Positions 44,326 to 58,078 of a DNA stretch of 64,000 nt are shown here, piece after piece. The translations under genes were made by a program, and so were the position numbers. Position 1 is the first letter of the stretch. The number at the start of each line of letters is the position of its first letter. The stretch is taken from positions 56,978,001 to 57,042,000 of the forward strand of contig OX597825.1 of assembly GCA_951406725.2 (NCBI GenBank), given 5' to 3'. Under the pieces are notes generated by a model. It saw only the letters and a program-made list of their open reading frames with translations, did no database searches and was not told the origin of the DNA. This DNA comes from Octopus vulgaris. Taxonomy: Eukaryota.

Positions 44326-44988
44326 ACTTGTACTTTTTTTTTAATTGTTGTTGTTGTTGTTCTTATTATTATTATTATTATTACTATTACTATTACTATT
44401 ATTATTATTATTTTTATTTTTATTATTATTATTATTATTGAAGGCAGTAGATTGGCGGAATCATTAGAGCATCAGAAAAAATGCTTTACATTCTAAGGGC
44501 AATTTTGTCTTTCATCCCTTTGAGAATCTATAAAATATAGTACCAGTCAATACTGGGGTCAACATAATCACCCCCCACTTCCCACAAAAATGCTGGCATT
44601 CTGCTTAAATTATAAACTATTATTATTATCATTATTATTATTATAATTATTTTAGTATACCAGGCAAAATGCTTAGCAGTATTTCATCCATTTTTCAAAC
44701 TCTGCCATGGTCAACTTTGCCTTTCAATCTTCTGTGATTGGTGAAAAAAGTAGCAATCAAGCATTGTGGGGGTGGGGGGGGGAATGAAATCTACTAGCCT
44801 GTGTCTATAGTGGAAAGGAATATTATTATTATTCTCCCACCAAGGTTGCATTTGCCTTTCATTTTTTGGGGATCGATAAAGTACCAGTTGAGCACTGAGT
44901 GGGGGGGGGGTTGATGTAATCGATTACCTCCCTCCCACAAAACATTAGGGTTTGTGCCTACAATAGAGGGGAATATCATCATTATTAC

Positions 44989-45248
44989 TCACCACTAAAC
45001 ATCTTGAGGTTAACATCCTCATAGTTGAAGGGATTAATATCAGTGAGATTTTTCTTGCCAAATCTACCAGGTTCCTTACTGATGTTCACACTTGGGGATA
45101 TCTTCTCTTCAATTATTTCTACATCAGAATTTTCTGAATCACTGATTTCTACTGTTTCAATAGTGTCCTCGGGTACCATCATTTTCATCTTTTTCCGTTC
45201 CTCTTCCATCCTGGCCATCTTTTTCATGAGTTTCTTCTTCAAAGGTGG
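44989..45248 (-). CDS. Coding exon: PPLKKKLMKKMARMEEERKK...NYEDVNLKMFSG(E)
   Basis: Acceptor ttttattttctcattgattcag|CCA and donor GA|gtaata; 260 nt open non-repetitive frame (ORF 44985..45257); ends in phase 2, joining exon 42969 in frame. Confidence 0.75.
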
Positions 45249-46299
45249 CTGAATCAATGAGAAATAAAACTGTCAATATATAATTAACAACAACAACATC
45301 ATCATCATTATCATCATTTAACATCCATTTTCCTTGCTGGCATGGGTGGGACAGTTTAACTGAAAATTGGAAAGCCGGGTTCCAATCTGCCCTTCCTAAC
45401 ACCAACCACTCCAAGAATGTAGTGGGTACTTTTTACATACCACCAGCACAGGTGCATTGGGCAGGACTACGATCTCACTTGGCTTGCCAAAGGTCTCGGT
45501 CACATGTCACTCCTCCATGAGGCCCAAAGTTTGAAGGGTGCTTTTTATGTGCCACCAGCATGGGTGCCAGTTACACGACATTGGCATCAGCTATGACTAT
45601 GACGATTTCACTTGGCTTGATGGGTCGTCTCAAGCACAGCATATTGCCTAACATTCGAAGGGAGCTTTTCATGTGCCACCATGGCAAACTTTGCTTTCCA
45701 AACCTCAAGACATCTCAAGCACAGCATATTGCCCAATGTTTGAAAGGAGCTTTTTATGTGCCACCGAGGTGAACTTTGCTTTTCAAATCTCCAGGGTCAA
45801 TAAAATGGTGTCAATGTAATCAACTAATCCCCATCCCTCAAAACTGCCCAACGTTCAAAGGGAGCTTTTTATGTGCCACTGCCATGGCTACCAGTTATGC
45901 AATGCTGGCATCAGCCATGACTACAATTATACTTGACTTGACAGATCTTCTCAAGAAGACAACAACAATAACAATGATGATGATGATGATGATAATATTT
46001 ACTTTATTAGCCACTAAGGGCTGACTAAAACACTGGGGACAATACAGGATGATGCATGTAGGATTATGTAAGTGTAAAAAGTAAAACAAAACAAAACAAA
46101 AATATTCAAACAAGAATTAATTCCTCAAAGGTAGAGAAAGATCTACAAGGGTAACTCACGGAAACTCCACAAAACCAGTTACCTTGACCGCTAAAGCAAG
46201 GGCCATGTCCTAGTTATCCTTCACCAATTTATAAGTACATGCTCAGAGCAGATCTGTTCACTCAGACCACAACTGTCACTCTGACTCACCTTTTGATAA

Positions 46300-46816
46300 T
46301 ATATATAATAATCTGCTTGTTCGTTTGCCTGTTATACTTTAGTTAGTTAGAGAGGTAGAGGTAGAGGTGTAGTGAGATGTGGAGTAAAAGAGAGAGGGCA
46401 GAGAAATGTGAGTAGAGAAGAATGAAGAGAGGAGTATAATAATGCACTAAGGTCAAATGCATCATGTGGTTAGTTGAAGGGAAAGGTAATGAGCAAGAGA
46501 AAAAGACAGTGAGAGAAAAATGGAAGAGAGAAGTGTTAATAACATGCTGTAGGGTGGGGAGGAAAAGGTGAAGAGAAATAAAGAAATGTTAAAGACATAA
46601 AAAGAGAAATTGCATGATTAAAAAAAGTTTGTTGAAGAGGTAGAGAGAAAGAAAGAGAGAAATATAAAGTACTTAGCAGAGGGAAATTTTAAAATCATAT
46701 AATATCTTATTGTAATTGGAAGTGAAATAACTTAACAAAATAAAAATCATCCTTTCTTTCTTAAATAGCTTCTCTTAATCTTTTTCATTCTGTGGAATAT
46801 CCACAGGTCCCTCTAG
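46300..46816 (+). mobile_element. Probable non-autonomous Helitron
   Basis: 3' hairpin CTGTGG-AATAT-CCACAG then CTAG|T at 46813-46817; 5' TATATAATAATCTG..GTTTG typical of short Helitrons; 5' TC not clear. Confidence 0.55.
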
Positions 46817-49514
46817 TAATAATAACAATAATAATAAATAAATGCCCTGATGCAGTACCAGACAGTAGCTCTCGTGGTTTCTGATCTTAACTGATTGGAA
46901 GTGTTATCATGTACATGTTTTGTCTTGGTATAAAAGATGGGCTACAGCAAATATTCTGCTCAATACCACAGATTTGCTTGTCAGTTGCCTAACCGTAACC
47001 AGTTGAGCATGTCCCTTGGTAGTTGACAATGTGTGCATTTCTGTTCACAAGCAGCAGCAGTGAGGGTAGCATCATAGCCATGTGTTGAGAGGAGTTCTTT
47101 GGGGTTTGAATAGTTCACCTTTGGAAACATGAGTACTTCATTCATCATTTTTAAACGAACCTTATTCATGGACCTTTTGAGCAGGATGGGCTACTCAACC
47201 TGAAGAAAATTTTAATTGGCCCCACCTGCAAGGTCATGCACAATTTATCTTGATATGAGATCACCATGTCACACACATGTGGTTGCGATGCATGTGTCAG
47301 GTGTACCCTTATCAGATGGCTTCATATATTTGTACCCCAGTGTCACTTTGATAGCACGCATTGCTCTCTCACTCAATAATAATAATAATAGGCGAGCTGG
47401 CAGAATCGTTAGCGCACTGGACAAAATGCTTAGCAGTATTCTGCCTGTTACTACATTCTGAGTTCAAATTCCACCGAGATCAACTTTGCCTTTCATCCTT
47501 TCAAGGTTGATAAATTAGGTACCAGTGAAACACTGGGATTGATGAAATTGACTTATCTCCTCTGCCAAAATTGCCCTTGTGGCAAAATTTGAAACCATTA
47601 TTATTATTATCATTATTATTATTATTATTATTAGGCACATCCTAGAGAACAAGGAGGTGCATGAACCTTGAAAACTTAATAAATGATCATGAGCACCATC
47701 TGAGTGTGATCACTGACTGGCTCTCGTACCGGTTGTACGTAAAAAGCACCATTCAAGCATGATCGTTACCAGCATTGCCTCACTGGCACTTGTGCCAGCA
47801 GCATGTGAGAAACAACATTCGAGCGAATTCATTACCAGTGCTGCTGGACTGGCTCCTGTTCAAGTGGCACGTAAAAAACACTATTTGAGCATGGTTGTTG
47901 CCAGTACCGCCTGACTGGCCCTTGTGCCGGTGGCATGCAAAAGCATCCACTACACTCTCATGGCATCCAGCTGTTGAAACATTGCCAAATCAGATTGGAG
48001 CTTGGTGCAGCCATCTGGCTTTCCAGTCCTCAGTCAAACATGAAAAGCGGATGTTAAATGATGATGATGAAATTTGAAGCCCTGAAATTTGAAGGAGGAA
48101 GTTAATTGATTGAAGCAACTCTCGTACTTGAGCAGTACTTTGTTTTATCAGTCCTTGTAAGGATGGAAGGTAAAGCTGACTTCGGTGAGATCTGAACTCA
48201 GATCATAAAGAGCTGGAAGAAATAACAGAAATTTTTCAATGCTCTAAGTATCTGCTAACCCACTGCCCTCAGTTAAAAAAAAAAAGAAAAAAGAGAATAA
48301 TTATAATAATAATTATTTCTGTTATAGGCACAAGGTCTGAAATTTGGAGTATGGGGAGCTAATCAATTACACTTACCCTCCAGTTGTTGACTGGTACTGT
48401 ATTTTATCAACCCCAAAAGAATGAAAGATAAGGTTGACCTTGGCAGGATTTGAACTCAGAACATAATGAGGTAGGAGAAATGTTACTAAACATTATGTCC
48501 GATGTACTAACGATTCTGCCAGCATGCCACCTTTGGCTTTCAGACTTAAACAGGAGGCCAGCAGTTTTGTAGGGGAGGGGTTAGTTGAGACCATTATCAC
48601 CAGTATTTGACTGGTGTTGTTTTATCGACTCCGGAAGAATGAAATCTCAGCAGGATTTGAACACAAGAATATAAAGATCTAGAACAAATATCACAAAATT
48701 TTACTGATAGCCTAACCATCTTACCACACAGCCACACCCGCACCTACATAACTAGTTATACAAGTTTTGTCAAATCATGTCTACAGGCATACAAATTTCC
48801 ATTCCAAGCTAGGAATGGAGTAATTTCATTTGATTTGCATTAGATGTACCCTTGGGAAAGACATGGGGATCATTCAGAACCATATCTCCTTTCCATGTAA
48901 ACCTTGGCAAATTATGCTTAAATGAGAAAAGTTAATAATTTGGCTTGGAAGAAGGCTATAAAGTGACTCCTCTCTCCTGGTATTTATTTTATTAATCTCA
49001 GAATGATGGAATGAAAAGTTGATCATTGAAGAATTTTATCCAAGAACATAAAGGGACATGACTATATTTGGTTAACTGCCCACTCTCTCTCGCTTTCTTT
49101 CACTGACTGTCTCATTATTTTTCTCTCTAACTCTCCTTCCTTACCTCTCTTTTCCTAGTGGGGTAGCCAAGTATCTGCTCTACAGTAGGATACCTATCTC
49201 TATCCCTCAATCATACTCGAACCTTTTATCTAACAATAAAATTTTTACTGACGCTTTAACATTTCTACCAAACCCGTCCTAGATAATTGTGTCTAGCATA
49301 GACACAACTCCAGAAATTTTGGAAGAGAAAGGTGTTAGTGAATATAATCAATCCATTCCTCACCAGTACCTTATTTTATCAACCTCGAAAGGATGAAAGA
49401 CAAAGTTGACCTTGGTTGGTTTTCAATGTAAAGGGCCAGAACGAACACTACAAGGTATCTTGTTTGACATTTTAATGATTCTGCTAAATCACCACCCTAT
49501 CAGTTGAGTCTCTG

Positions 49515-50391
49515 TAACGTTTAGAAAGCTTCTACCCCTACTGGTGACAAAGGGCCTCTCGCTCAGAGTGAAAGGAAGATTGTACTATGCATGTGTGCGA
49601 ACTGCCATGCTTCACAGTAGTGAAACATGGGCTGTGACTGCAGAGGACATGCGTAGGCTTGAAAGAAATGAAGCTAGCATGATCTGCTGGATGTGTAATG
49701 TCAGTGTGCACACACGACAGTATAAGCACCCTGAGAGAAATGTTGGACATAAGAAGCATAGGATGTGGCATGCAAGAGAGACGCTTGCGCTGGTATGGTC
49801 ATGTACCACAGATGGATGAGGAGAGATGTGTGAAGAAGTGCCACTCCCAAAAAGTTGAAGGAATCCGGAGTAAAGGTAGACCTAGGAAGACATGGGATGA
49901 GGTAGTCAAGCATGACCTTCGAACATTGGGCCTCACAGAGGCAATGACAAAAGACTGCTAAGGCCCAGCAAATAAAGTGAGTTCACAGCTGTATTCCATA
50001 CCAGTTTCGCATAACCAGCCCCAGCCCATTAAAAAGTACCTTGGATCGTAGGGCGACCTGCTGTGCTCGAAGAGACCTATTGAGTCAAATACATCAACAT
50101 CAAAATGAAAATCAAATGGAAATTGTAGTTGTGATACTCGTGCCGGTGGCACGTAACAAGCACCCACTACACTCATGGCCGTTGCCAACCCCCTCTGCAC
50201 CCTGTGCCAGTGGCACGTAAAAAGCACCCACTACACTCATGGAGTGGTTGGCGTTAGGAAGGCCATCCAGTTGTAGAAACACTGCCAGATCAGACGGGAG
50301 CCAGGTGCAGCCTCCTGACTTCCCAGACCCTGGTCGAACCGTCCAACCCATGCTCGCATATAAAAAAAGGACGTTAAACGATGATGATGAT
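49515..50391 (+). mobile_element. RTE LINE 3' fragment (frameshifted)
   Basis: ORFs 49544..49819 and 49698..49961 cover the same RT C-terminus; (GAT)n tail. Confidence 0.9.
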
Positions 50392-50696
50392 CAGTTGTAT
50401 CTAAGATAGATACATGGTCAGAGATTTGTGGGAGGTTGAAAAAGTTTGTTTTACACCCACTAAAACATTTCTTTCTAAAGTTTGTTGGAATAATTGTTAC
50501 TGTTGTTTTGACCAAGCAAAATTAGAATCAAATCTGTTTCACACCTGACCATATATCTGCTTTGCAGCCACACAGTTTTGAGTTCAGTACTACTGTGCAA
50601 CGCTTCGGACAGATGTCTTCTACTATATCCTGGGACAACAGAAGGCAGAAGAAATCTTCTGAGTGAATTTGGTAAATGGAAACTGAAAAGAAGCCT

Positions 50697-50762
<66 letters not shown>

Positions 50763-51291
50763 TGAGACTCCTTGCCCTGACAATGCATGCTAACCCTAAA
50801 TGAATGTCAGTCATCCAAGAGGTCATTCCTTTGCAGTCTTCTATAAAAACTTGTTCATCCATGAGGAAATATTACTGTGGAGGAAAACAGATGAGGATTG
50901 GTTATGGAAAGAGAATCTAGCTGTAGAAAAAAAAAACCTGCTCCAACAAATTTCATGTGACTCATGCACACATGGAAAACCAGATTTTAAAACAATGATA
51001 AAGGTGGTAGCAGTGTATGTGGGACTATATTATCTGATGTTTGCTCCCTTGTTGTTTTTTTTAAGGGGGAACAGAATAGCTGAGTTGGTAGCTATTTCCA
51101 ACAGATCAAGTAACTACTACTGAGTAACTCGTATACCCAGCTGAGTACCCCGTCCTACCACAATCCAATTGGTATACCTATTCCTATCACTAAACCACTA
51201 AGTAGGGAAAACCTGTTTTGTCTTTGGTCAAGTAAACTAGAAAATGCAGAGTTATGTACCTTACTTTGTCACATGACAATATGTTCACTCT

Positions 51292-51623
51292 ACAATAGGA
51301 ATTCTCAACCATTTTTTTTATTGATGGACCTCTTTGATTACTATTTTATTCTGATGGACTCCACCCCACCATCACCAACCATTCGATGTGTAAAAACTAA
51401 TTTTTGAGATGCTTCTTTCAAAACCCCTATTTTGTTATTCACACATTAACATCTTTAGGTGGAACAATGTCAAACACTTGAGAGAGAAAAACCAGCTGTT
51501 TCTTGCAATAAATACATCTAAAGCAAAATTTTTTCAAGGACCCTTAATAAATACAGTGGATCCCTAATTTGCTATTTTGCTTGTATGGACCCGGGTCATA
51601 TGGGCCCCAGTTGAGAACCACTG
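51292..51623. mobile_element. hAT-type MITE remnant
   Basis: Ends ..ttctcaacc and gttgagaaccactg; related partial copy at about 24230-24352. Confidence 0.55.
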
Positions 51624-52596
51624 TGCTATGGTCTGAATGTAGTCCAAAACTATTCTATCTTTGCTTTTCATTTTGCATTTTATGTTTGAGCTATTTTATG
51701 GAGGTTGGGAGGAGGAGAAGATATCATCATCATTTAACATCTATTGTCCATGCTGGCATCTGTTGGATGGTTTGAGCAGAGCTGGCAAGCTGGGGAGCTG
51801 CACCAGACTCTAGTCTGATTTGACTTGGTTTCTATGGCTGGATACTCTTCCTGGTGCCAACCACTTTACAGTGTGTGCTGAATGCTTTTACATGACACCA
51901 CATGGCCACTTTTATGTGGCACCACACTAGCACTTTTACATGATGTCACACGGGTGCTTTTACATGGCACCACACAGGCACTTGTACATGGCTTTATACC
52001 ACCAGAAGGATTCATCTTAACACTTCTGCTGCAGAGGGTGAGTCTTCTTCAGTATGGCCAGGTGCCAGGTATCTTGGTCCTTTGTCATCTCACCTGAAAG
52101 GTTCAGCTTCCTGAGGTTGTTCTTCAGTATTTCATTACTGCTTTTTCACATTTATTAAGATATCTATGGCCTTACATTCAAATAGGCTGATATATAACCT
52201 TCACAGTCACATCAGTGTTTGAAATAAAACACTTACAGTCACATCCCAGACTGACATACAACCATCACAGTCACATCACTAGTTGATATAAGCCAATACA
52301 GCAACATCTTTGACTGATGAGGCTGACACAGTGCTGAACTTAATATTCTGTCATGAGGTAAATGTTAGTAGGAAAAACATGCCTGGGAGAGAGTGAATTT
52401 GGGAATTGAACAACAGTCAAAAGAGGAGGCTGTATAATGGCAGACAGTGTATAATAACAGTTAAAGATATATTGGGAAAGATACAGTATGTCAGTGTGTT
52501 TGTAGTGGAGTGTGTTACTGAATGAGATAAAGGGTTTTCTGTTAGTGGCATGCCCTTTGTATTGATGTGGCCTGGAATGTGAGTAGCAACAATACT

Positions 52597-52647
52597 ATCA
52601 TCATCATCGTTTAACGTCCATTTTCTGCGCTAGCACGGGTTGGACGG
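52597..52647 (-). mobile_element. RTE LINE 3' terminal tail fused to the 5S copy
   Basis: CCGTCCAACCCGTGCTAGCGCAGAAAATGGACGTTAAAC(GAT)n matches the 3' end of the RTE at about 35909-35959. Confidence 0.85.
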
Positions 52648-52657
52648 AAATGTGCTA

Positions 52658-52766
52658 TGCTTACTGCACCTAGGTTTCCCAAGCGGTCACCCATCTAAGT
52701 ACTGACTAGGCTCGACGTTGCTTAACTTCGGTGATCAGACGAGAACTGGTGCTTTCAACGTGATAT
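52658..52766 (-). pseudogene. 5S rRNA: 5S rRNA retrocopy lacking about 10 nt at the 5' end
   Basis: Minus strand ATATCACGTTGAAAGCACCAGTTCTCGTCTGATCACCGAAGTTAAGCAACGTCGAGCCTAGTCAGTACTTAGATGGGTGACCGCTTGGGAAACCTAGGTGCAGTAAGCA; box A and box C regions recognisable. Confidence 0.93.
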
Positions 52767-55054
52767 ATCCTAAATGAGATTAAAAGTACCTGAAGGTATT
52801 CCGTGTATGTATGCATCTGTGTGTGCATGTGCAATTAAAGCTGAAGTAGTTTCTCGTCCTGAAATGGATGCCTTCTCTTTGCAACACATTTTTTGTTTTT
52901 TGTTATTTTCTTCTAGGTGAGAAGGATGTTGTTGCTGCTTTTGGTTTTGGTTTTTTTAACACCAGGTCAGCTCTGCTCAAGATCAGATATTCCACTTATG
53001 ACCATCTGACATTTACCCCAGGTACAGTAAACCCTATGACCACATTAACCAAAGTGTCCTTCTTTTCTAAAACAGCAGAGTGTGATTTCATGGAGATTTG
53101 GCTGCTATTTCTAATAAGCTGGTCTCAAACATATTTCACCAAAGTGTGTATATGTTGTGTGCATGTTACTGTGTTGCTGTTTGCACGTGTGTGCATGCAT
53201 GCATTTGGTGTTGTGAAGCTACTCCAGTTTTGTCCTTAGTTCAAACCTTCTTTGGAGGAAGTAAGCGGCCAGAGAGCAGTGGTCTATCTGAAACAAGGCG
53301 AGTTGAGAGTCTTGTTCAAAGGATTCAATTCAGAGATTGTAGTAAGACCTGGAAACTTCATCACAGCTACATTGGTCTATAGTTTAGCAGAGGAAGAGGG
53401 AAGCACCTCTGGCCTTTTACAAAGACTCAGAAATTGACAGAAGATAATTAGGAACTACATGTGAGCTGGCTTAAGACCAAAGGCCAGGTTAAATTCTTGC
53501 AACACAGTTGACTCTGCTAAAGACATTCAAAGACCAGGTGATAGCACTGGTCTATTTACCCAAGGACCAGGTGATAATAGCATTAGTCTTCCACTGAAGG
53601 ACCAGGAAAAAAGTCAAGATTTGCCCAAGGTGCCACATGATGGGATCAAACCTGGAACCACTTAACTGGGATTATACATATCTTTTATCTTTTACTTGTT
53701 TCAGTCAATTGACAGCAGCCATGCTGGGGCACCGCCTTGAAGAATTTTAGTCAAACAAATCAACCCCATCGCTTTTTTTAAGCCCAGCACATTCTATCAG
53801 CCTTCATTTACTGAATTGCTGAGTTACATAGACATGAACACACCAACACTGGTTGTCAAGTGGTGGTGGGGTACAAACACAGACACACACACACAACAGG
53901 CTTCTTTCAGTTTACATCTACCATGTCCAATCACACAGCTTCGGTCAGCCCGAGGTTATAGTAGAAGACACTTCACTTGCCCAAAGTGCCACATAATGGG
54001 ACTGAACCCGGAACTATAAGGTTGGGAAGCAAGCTTCTTACCACACAGCCACACCTATATGATTAATGAGAGAACATGCTTTACTGGCAAACTACCAGGT
54101 GTATACCATACACCCGGTTTGTTTGGATGATGTGGCTGTAATCGTTTTCGGTTAGGCATAATCTATAACAGCATATCTAAACCTTATCATTCCGGGTCCC
54201 CTGTTTTGATTGGAGCCTCCCCACTTGTTAGAAAACAGCTTCAGGAGTTGTGATGAACAAATTTGTATGCAGTCTGTTTCTGAGAGCTATTCTACTGGAC
54301 CTCTGAGTAATCATTAAAACATTGATTTAATTATGAACATACGAAGAAATTATACATTAATCCCTATTTTTGTAAGCAGTTGTATCCGTAAAAATTTTTT
54401 TTTACAGAGAGCAGAAATTGAAAGAAGATATATGAAGAGAGAGAGAGAGAGTGTGTGTGTGTCTGCGCGGGCGTGCATGCATGCTCGCACGTGTGTATGT
54501 GTTTACGATTATTGATTTATGGAAAAGATTATGTTAAATTTTTGAAATGCAAATATGTGAACGAAAATTAAGTTCAGACCTCTACATGGGAGCTAGACCT
54601 GGTAGAAATACCAGCCAGATCTCCCTCAAAACACCCTACTGTCTTAATCCGACAATTCTGCCTATTATGTAGTTTGAATAAGAAACTGTCACTAAAGATT
54701 AAGATTATTAACCCCACAAAGAGATGAAAGAAGAGAGACAGCATAGCGAAAGTTTTGGCTGACTGTCATACTGTACTCCCCTTGTTGCTAGCGAAATGGT
54801 ATATGCTGGCTGTGTGAGCAACTGGTTGTTTTAATGGTGGAAAAAACAGGGGAATTTCATTAGAAAACGTTTTAAAATGGATTTTCTTGTTAACTATGGG
54901 TGCTAGGAAAAAAATACAAACCGCATTCCAATCTATGCACTCGTCTCCATATGCGTGCCATTTTTCACGCGAATCCACACAGCCATTTGGCTGTGAACCT
55001 CAAGACAAGAAAGAATACAACAATAGCCCATGTCCAATTTATATTATAAATATA

Positions 55055-55269
55055 TGAGGGGGTGCTGAAAAGTTTCTGGCTTTAAGGGTATCACGAAAGG
55101 CTTGGTTGGAGGCCCAACTTTCTGGGTTCTTTTTACAGGGCTTAGAAAAACTGAAGGACTTCCACAGTGTGTGAATCAGAGAGGGGAATATGGTGAATAA
55201 CATCATAATTAACTAATCTTCCTGTATTTTCTTTTACCCAAAACCAGGGACTTTTCAGCACCCATCTCG
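55055..55269. mobile_element. Mariner-type MITE
   Basis: TA-flanked TIRs TGAGGGGGTGCTGAAAAGT / ACTTTTCAGCACCCATCTCG. Confidence 0.75.
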
Positions 55270-55331
55270 TATATGTATGTATATATGTGTGTGTATGTGT
55301 ATATATATATATATATATACAGTTGCCTTAC

Positions 55332-55402
55332 CCTGAAAGACAGAGGAATAATTTCTCCAGGATCTTCTTGTGGACTTTCATCATTTACAGACATTTCTGT
55401 TT
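55332..55402 (-). CDS. Coding exon: (E)TEMSVNDESPQEDPGEIIPLSFR
   Basis: Acceptor ttgttttatttacag|AA and donor AGG|gtaagg; non-repetitive; ends in phase 0, matching the next exon. Confidence 0.7.
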
Positions 55403-58041
55403 CTGTAAATAAAACAAATGACATCAACAACAAATTACAAACAAGATTCAACTAGTAATTTGTAAGGAACGGCAAATCTCAAAAGTAAATAAAGCAATAA
55501 ATAATATCATGTAAATATAGAACTGAAACAATCCTGAGAGTCAGAGGCTGGAATTAAATTACATATATCATAATTTTTTTTGTTTTTCTTTTTTTGCAGG
55601 GGATGGGTTGTTGTTTTTACTTGTTTCAGTCATTAGACTGTGGCCATGCTGGGGCACCACCTTGAAGAATTTTCAGTTGAATGACTCAAACCCAGTACTT
55701 ATATTTTTTAAGCCTGGTACTTACTTTGTTAGTCTCTTTCGTAGAACTACTAAGTTACAGGGGTGTAAACGCACTAACACCAGTTGTCAAACGGTGGGAC
55801 AACCATACACACACACACATCATCATCGTTTAACGTCTGCCTTCCATGGGTTGGACGATTTTGACTGAGGGCTGGTGAGCCAGATGGCTGCACCAAGCTC
55901 TAATCTTGATCTGGCAGAGTTTCTACAGCTGGATGCCCTTCCTAACGCCAACCACATATATATATTTATATATATACGACAGGCTTCTTTCAGTTTCCAT
56001 TTACCAAATCCACTCACAAGGCTTTGGTTGGCCTGAGGCTACAGAAGATACTTGTCCAAGGTACCATGCAATGGAACTGAATCCAGAACCATGTGGTTGG
56101 AAAGCAAGCTTCTTATTACTCACACACACACACATAGTGCAAAAGTGTATACATATGCATACACTCACACATCATCACCACCACCATTTTTACATCCAAT
56201 TTTCCTTGCTGACAAGAGTTGGGGGCACATCGTAGCTTAGCTCAGTGCATATTTGAAGTTACTGTCCACCAAGATACATCAGAGCCCATGTCTTGCTCAC
56301 AAATTCTATTTTGGGGCTTGCTGACCTTCCTGTCCTTAATCATTGCCTCTCTCTTATCATGGACCCAGCACTAGAGAGGGTCACTAAGAAATCCTCTCTA
56401 CTCATTTCCTATTTGTCAGTTTGCCATCATCAGACCATTCTTTCATCTGCAGTTAGCCTAAAAGAGACCTCCCTTGTGGAGGTAAGGGATAATATACAGC
56501 TGGCATAATTGACATCCAGTATATTACTGGTACATATTGGTACATATTTTATCAATGCCGGGAGAATAAACAGCAAAGTAAATTTCCATAAGTACTGTCC
56601 ATTAACCTATTATCATAAGTGAAATTGCAATACTGTTAAACATCTAATTAACACTCTACTAATTACTAATTAACAATTAAGCTGTGTATTTTCCAACATT
56701 TTCTAAATTAGAATGTTTGTGTGCTGTTAGATGTGTTATGGTGATGTCATTGTTTAACCACAGGTCAGTCATCAATGAGCAAACCTATGATCAAAAGGCA
56801 TTCCAGCTATGACCATCCCATTTTTTTCTAACGCTAAGACTACATAGTCCAATGTGGCTTTCCTTTTTTAAATGGTATTGTGTGATTTGAGAGAGATTTG
56901 GCTGCTATTTCTAGCAAGTTGAGCAATGCTGATGTTGTTGCTTAGTCCAATGTCAACCTTGATTGAGGAGACATAATCAAAGGCAACACATTTATGGCCA
57001 CCCTGTCTTTTATTTTGTTAAACAGGTAAGATGACAAAGGACTGAGAGAACTGGCATCTGGCTGTACTTGAGAAGACACGTACCCCACAGCTAAAGTTTT
57101 AAGACCAATCCTTCTGGTGATGTAAAGCACTGATGGCAGTTCCACATAAAAGCACTTGTGCGGTACCTCATGAAAGCACCTGTGCAGTGCTATGTAAAAG
57201 TGCCCATACAGTGTCATGTAAAAGCACCTGGCACATTCTAAAAAGTGGTTGTTGGTAGGAAGGACATCCAGCTGTAGGAACCATGCCAAATCAAACTAGA
57301 ATCTGGTACAGACCCACCAGCTTGCCAGCTCTGGTCACTGTCCAACCCATGCCAGCATGGACAATGGATGTTAAATGATGATGATGTTGATGTGCTTAGG
57401 TCTACATTATCATGTGCCTTTTCAATTTTTTAAGACAGTATGGTTTTGGCTGCTATTTCTAGCAATCGTATACAGACCATTTGTTTGATCACATGTCAGT
57501 TTTCTGATGCAAGTTAAGTTCATACTCCCAACACTTCATACTTTCATGACACCATCCTATAAACATAACAAAAATCTCTTTCATGAGACAAATGCCATTT
57601 ATATATTGTTACAGTCATGGCTTTAGGCACAAGCAAGACTATAGGTGCAGGGATGGCTGTGTGGTAAAGAAGAGTGCTTCACAACCACATGTTCTGGATT
57701 CTCTTCCATTGTGTGGCACATTGCACAAGTGTCTACTTAAGCCCCCAGGCCAACCAAAGCCTTCAGAGTGGATGTGGAGACAGAAACTGAAAGAAGGTCA
57801 TCGTTTATATATCATCATCATCGTTTAACATCCGCCTTCCATGCTAGCATAGGTGGGACAGTTCACAAGAGCCAGCCAAGCAGAAGCCTGCACCAGGCTT
57901 CTGTGACTGTTTTGACAGGATTTTTACAACTGGGTGCCCTCCCTGACAGCAACCACTCAGCAGAGTGGACTTAATGCTTTTTACATGGCATATCATCATC
58001 ATCATCGTTTAACATCCGCTTTCCATGCTAGCGTGGGTTGG

Positions 58042-58070
<29 letters not shown>

Positions 58071-58078
<8 letters not shown>

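Noticed and set aside
52309-52350. CTGATGA-GGC..GCT-GAAC
   Set aside because: No stem I, and A15.1 is absent
54134-54200. Minus-strand GGTT..AACC-GAAA hammerhead-like motif
   Set aside because: Core reads ATGATAA and stem I does not pair
54850-54990. AYGDEC mariner-like N-terminal remnant
   Set aside because: Too short and degenerate to delimit
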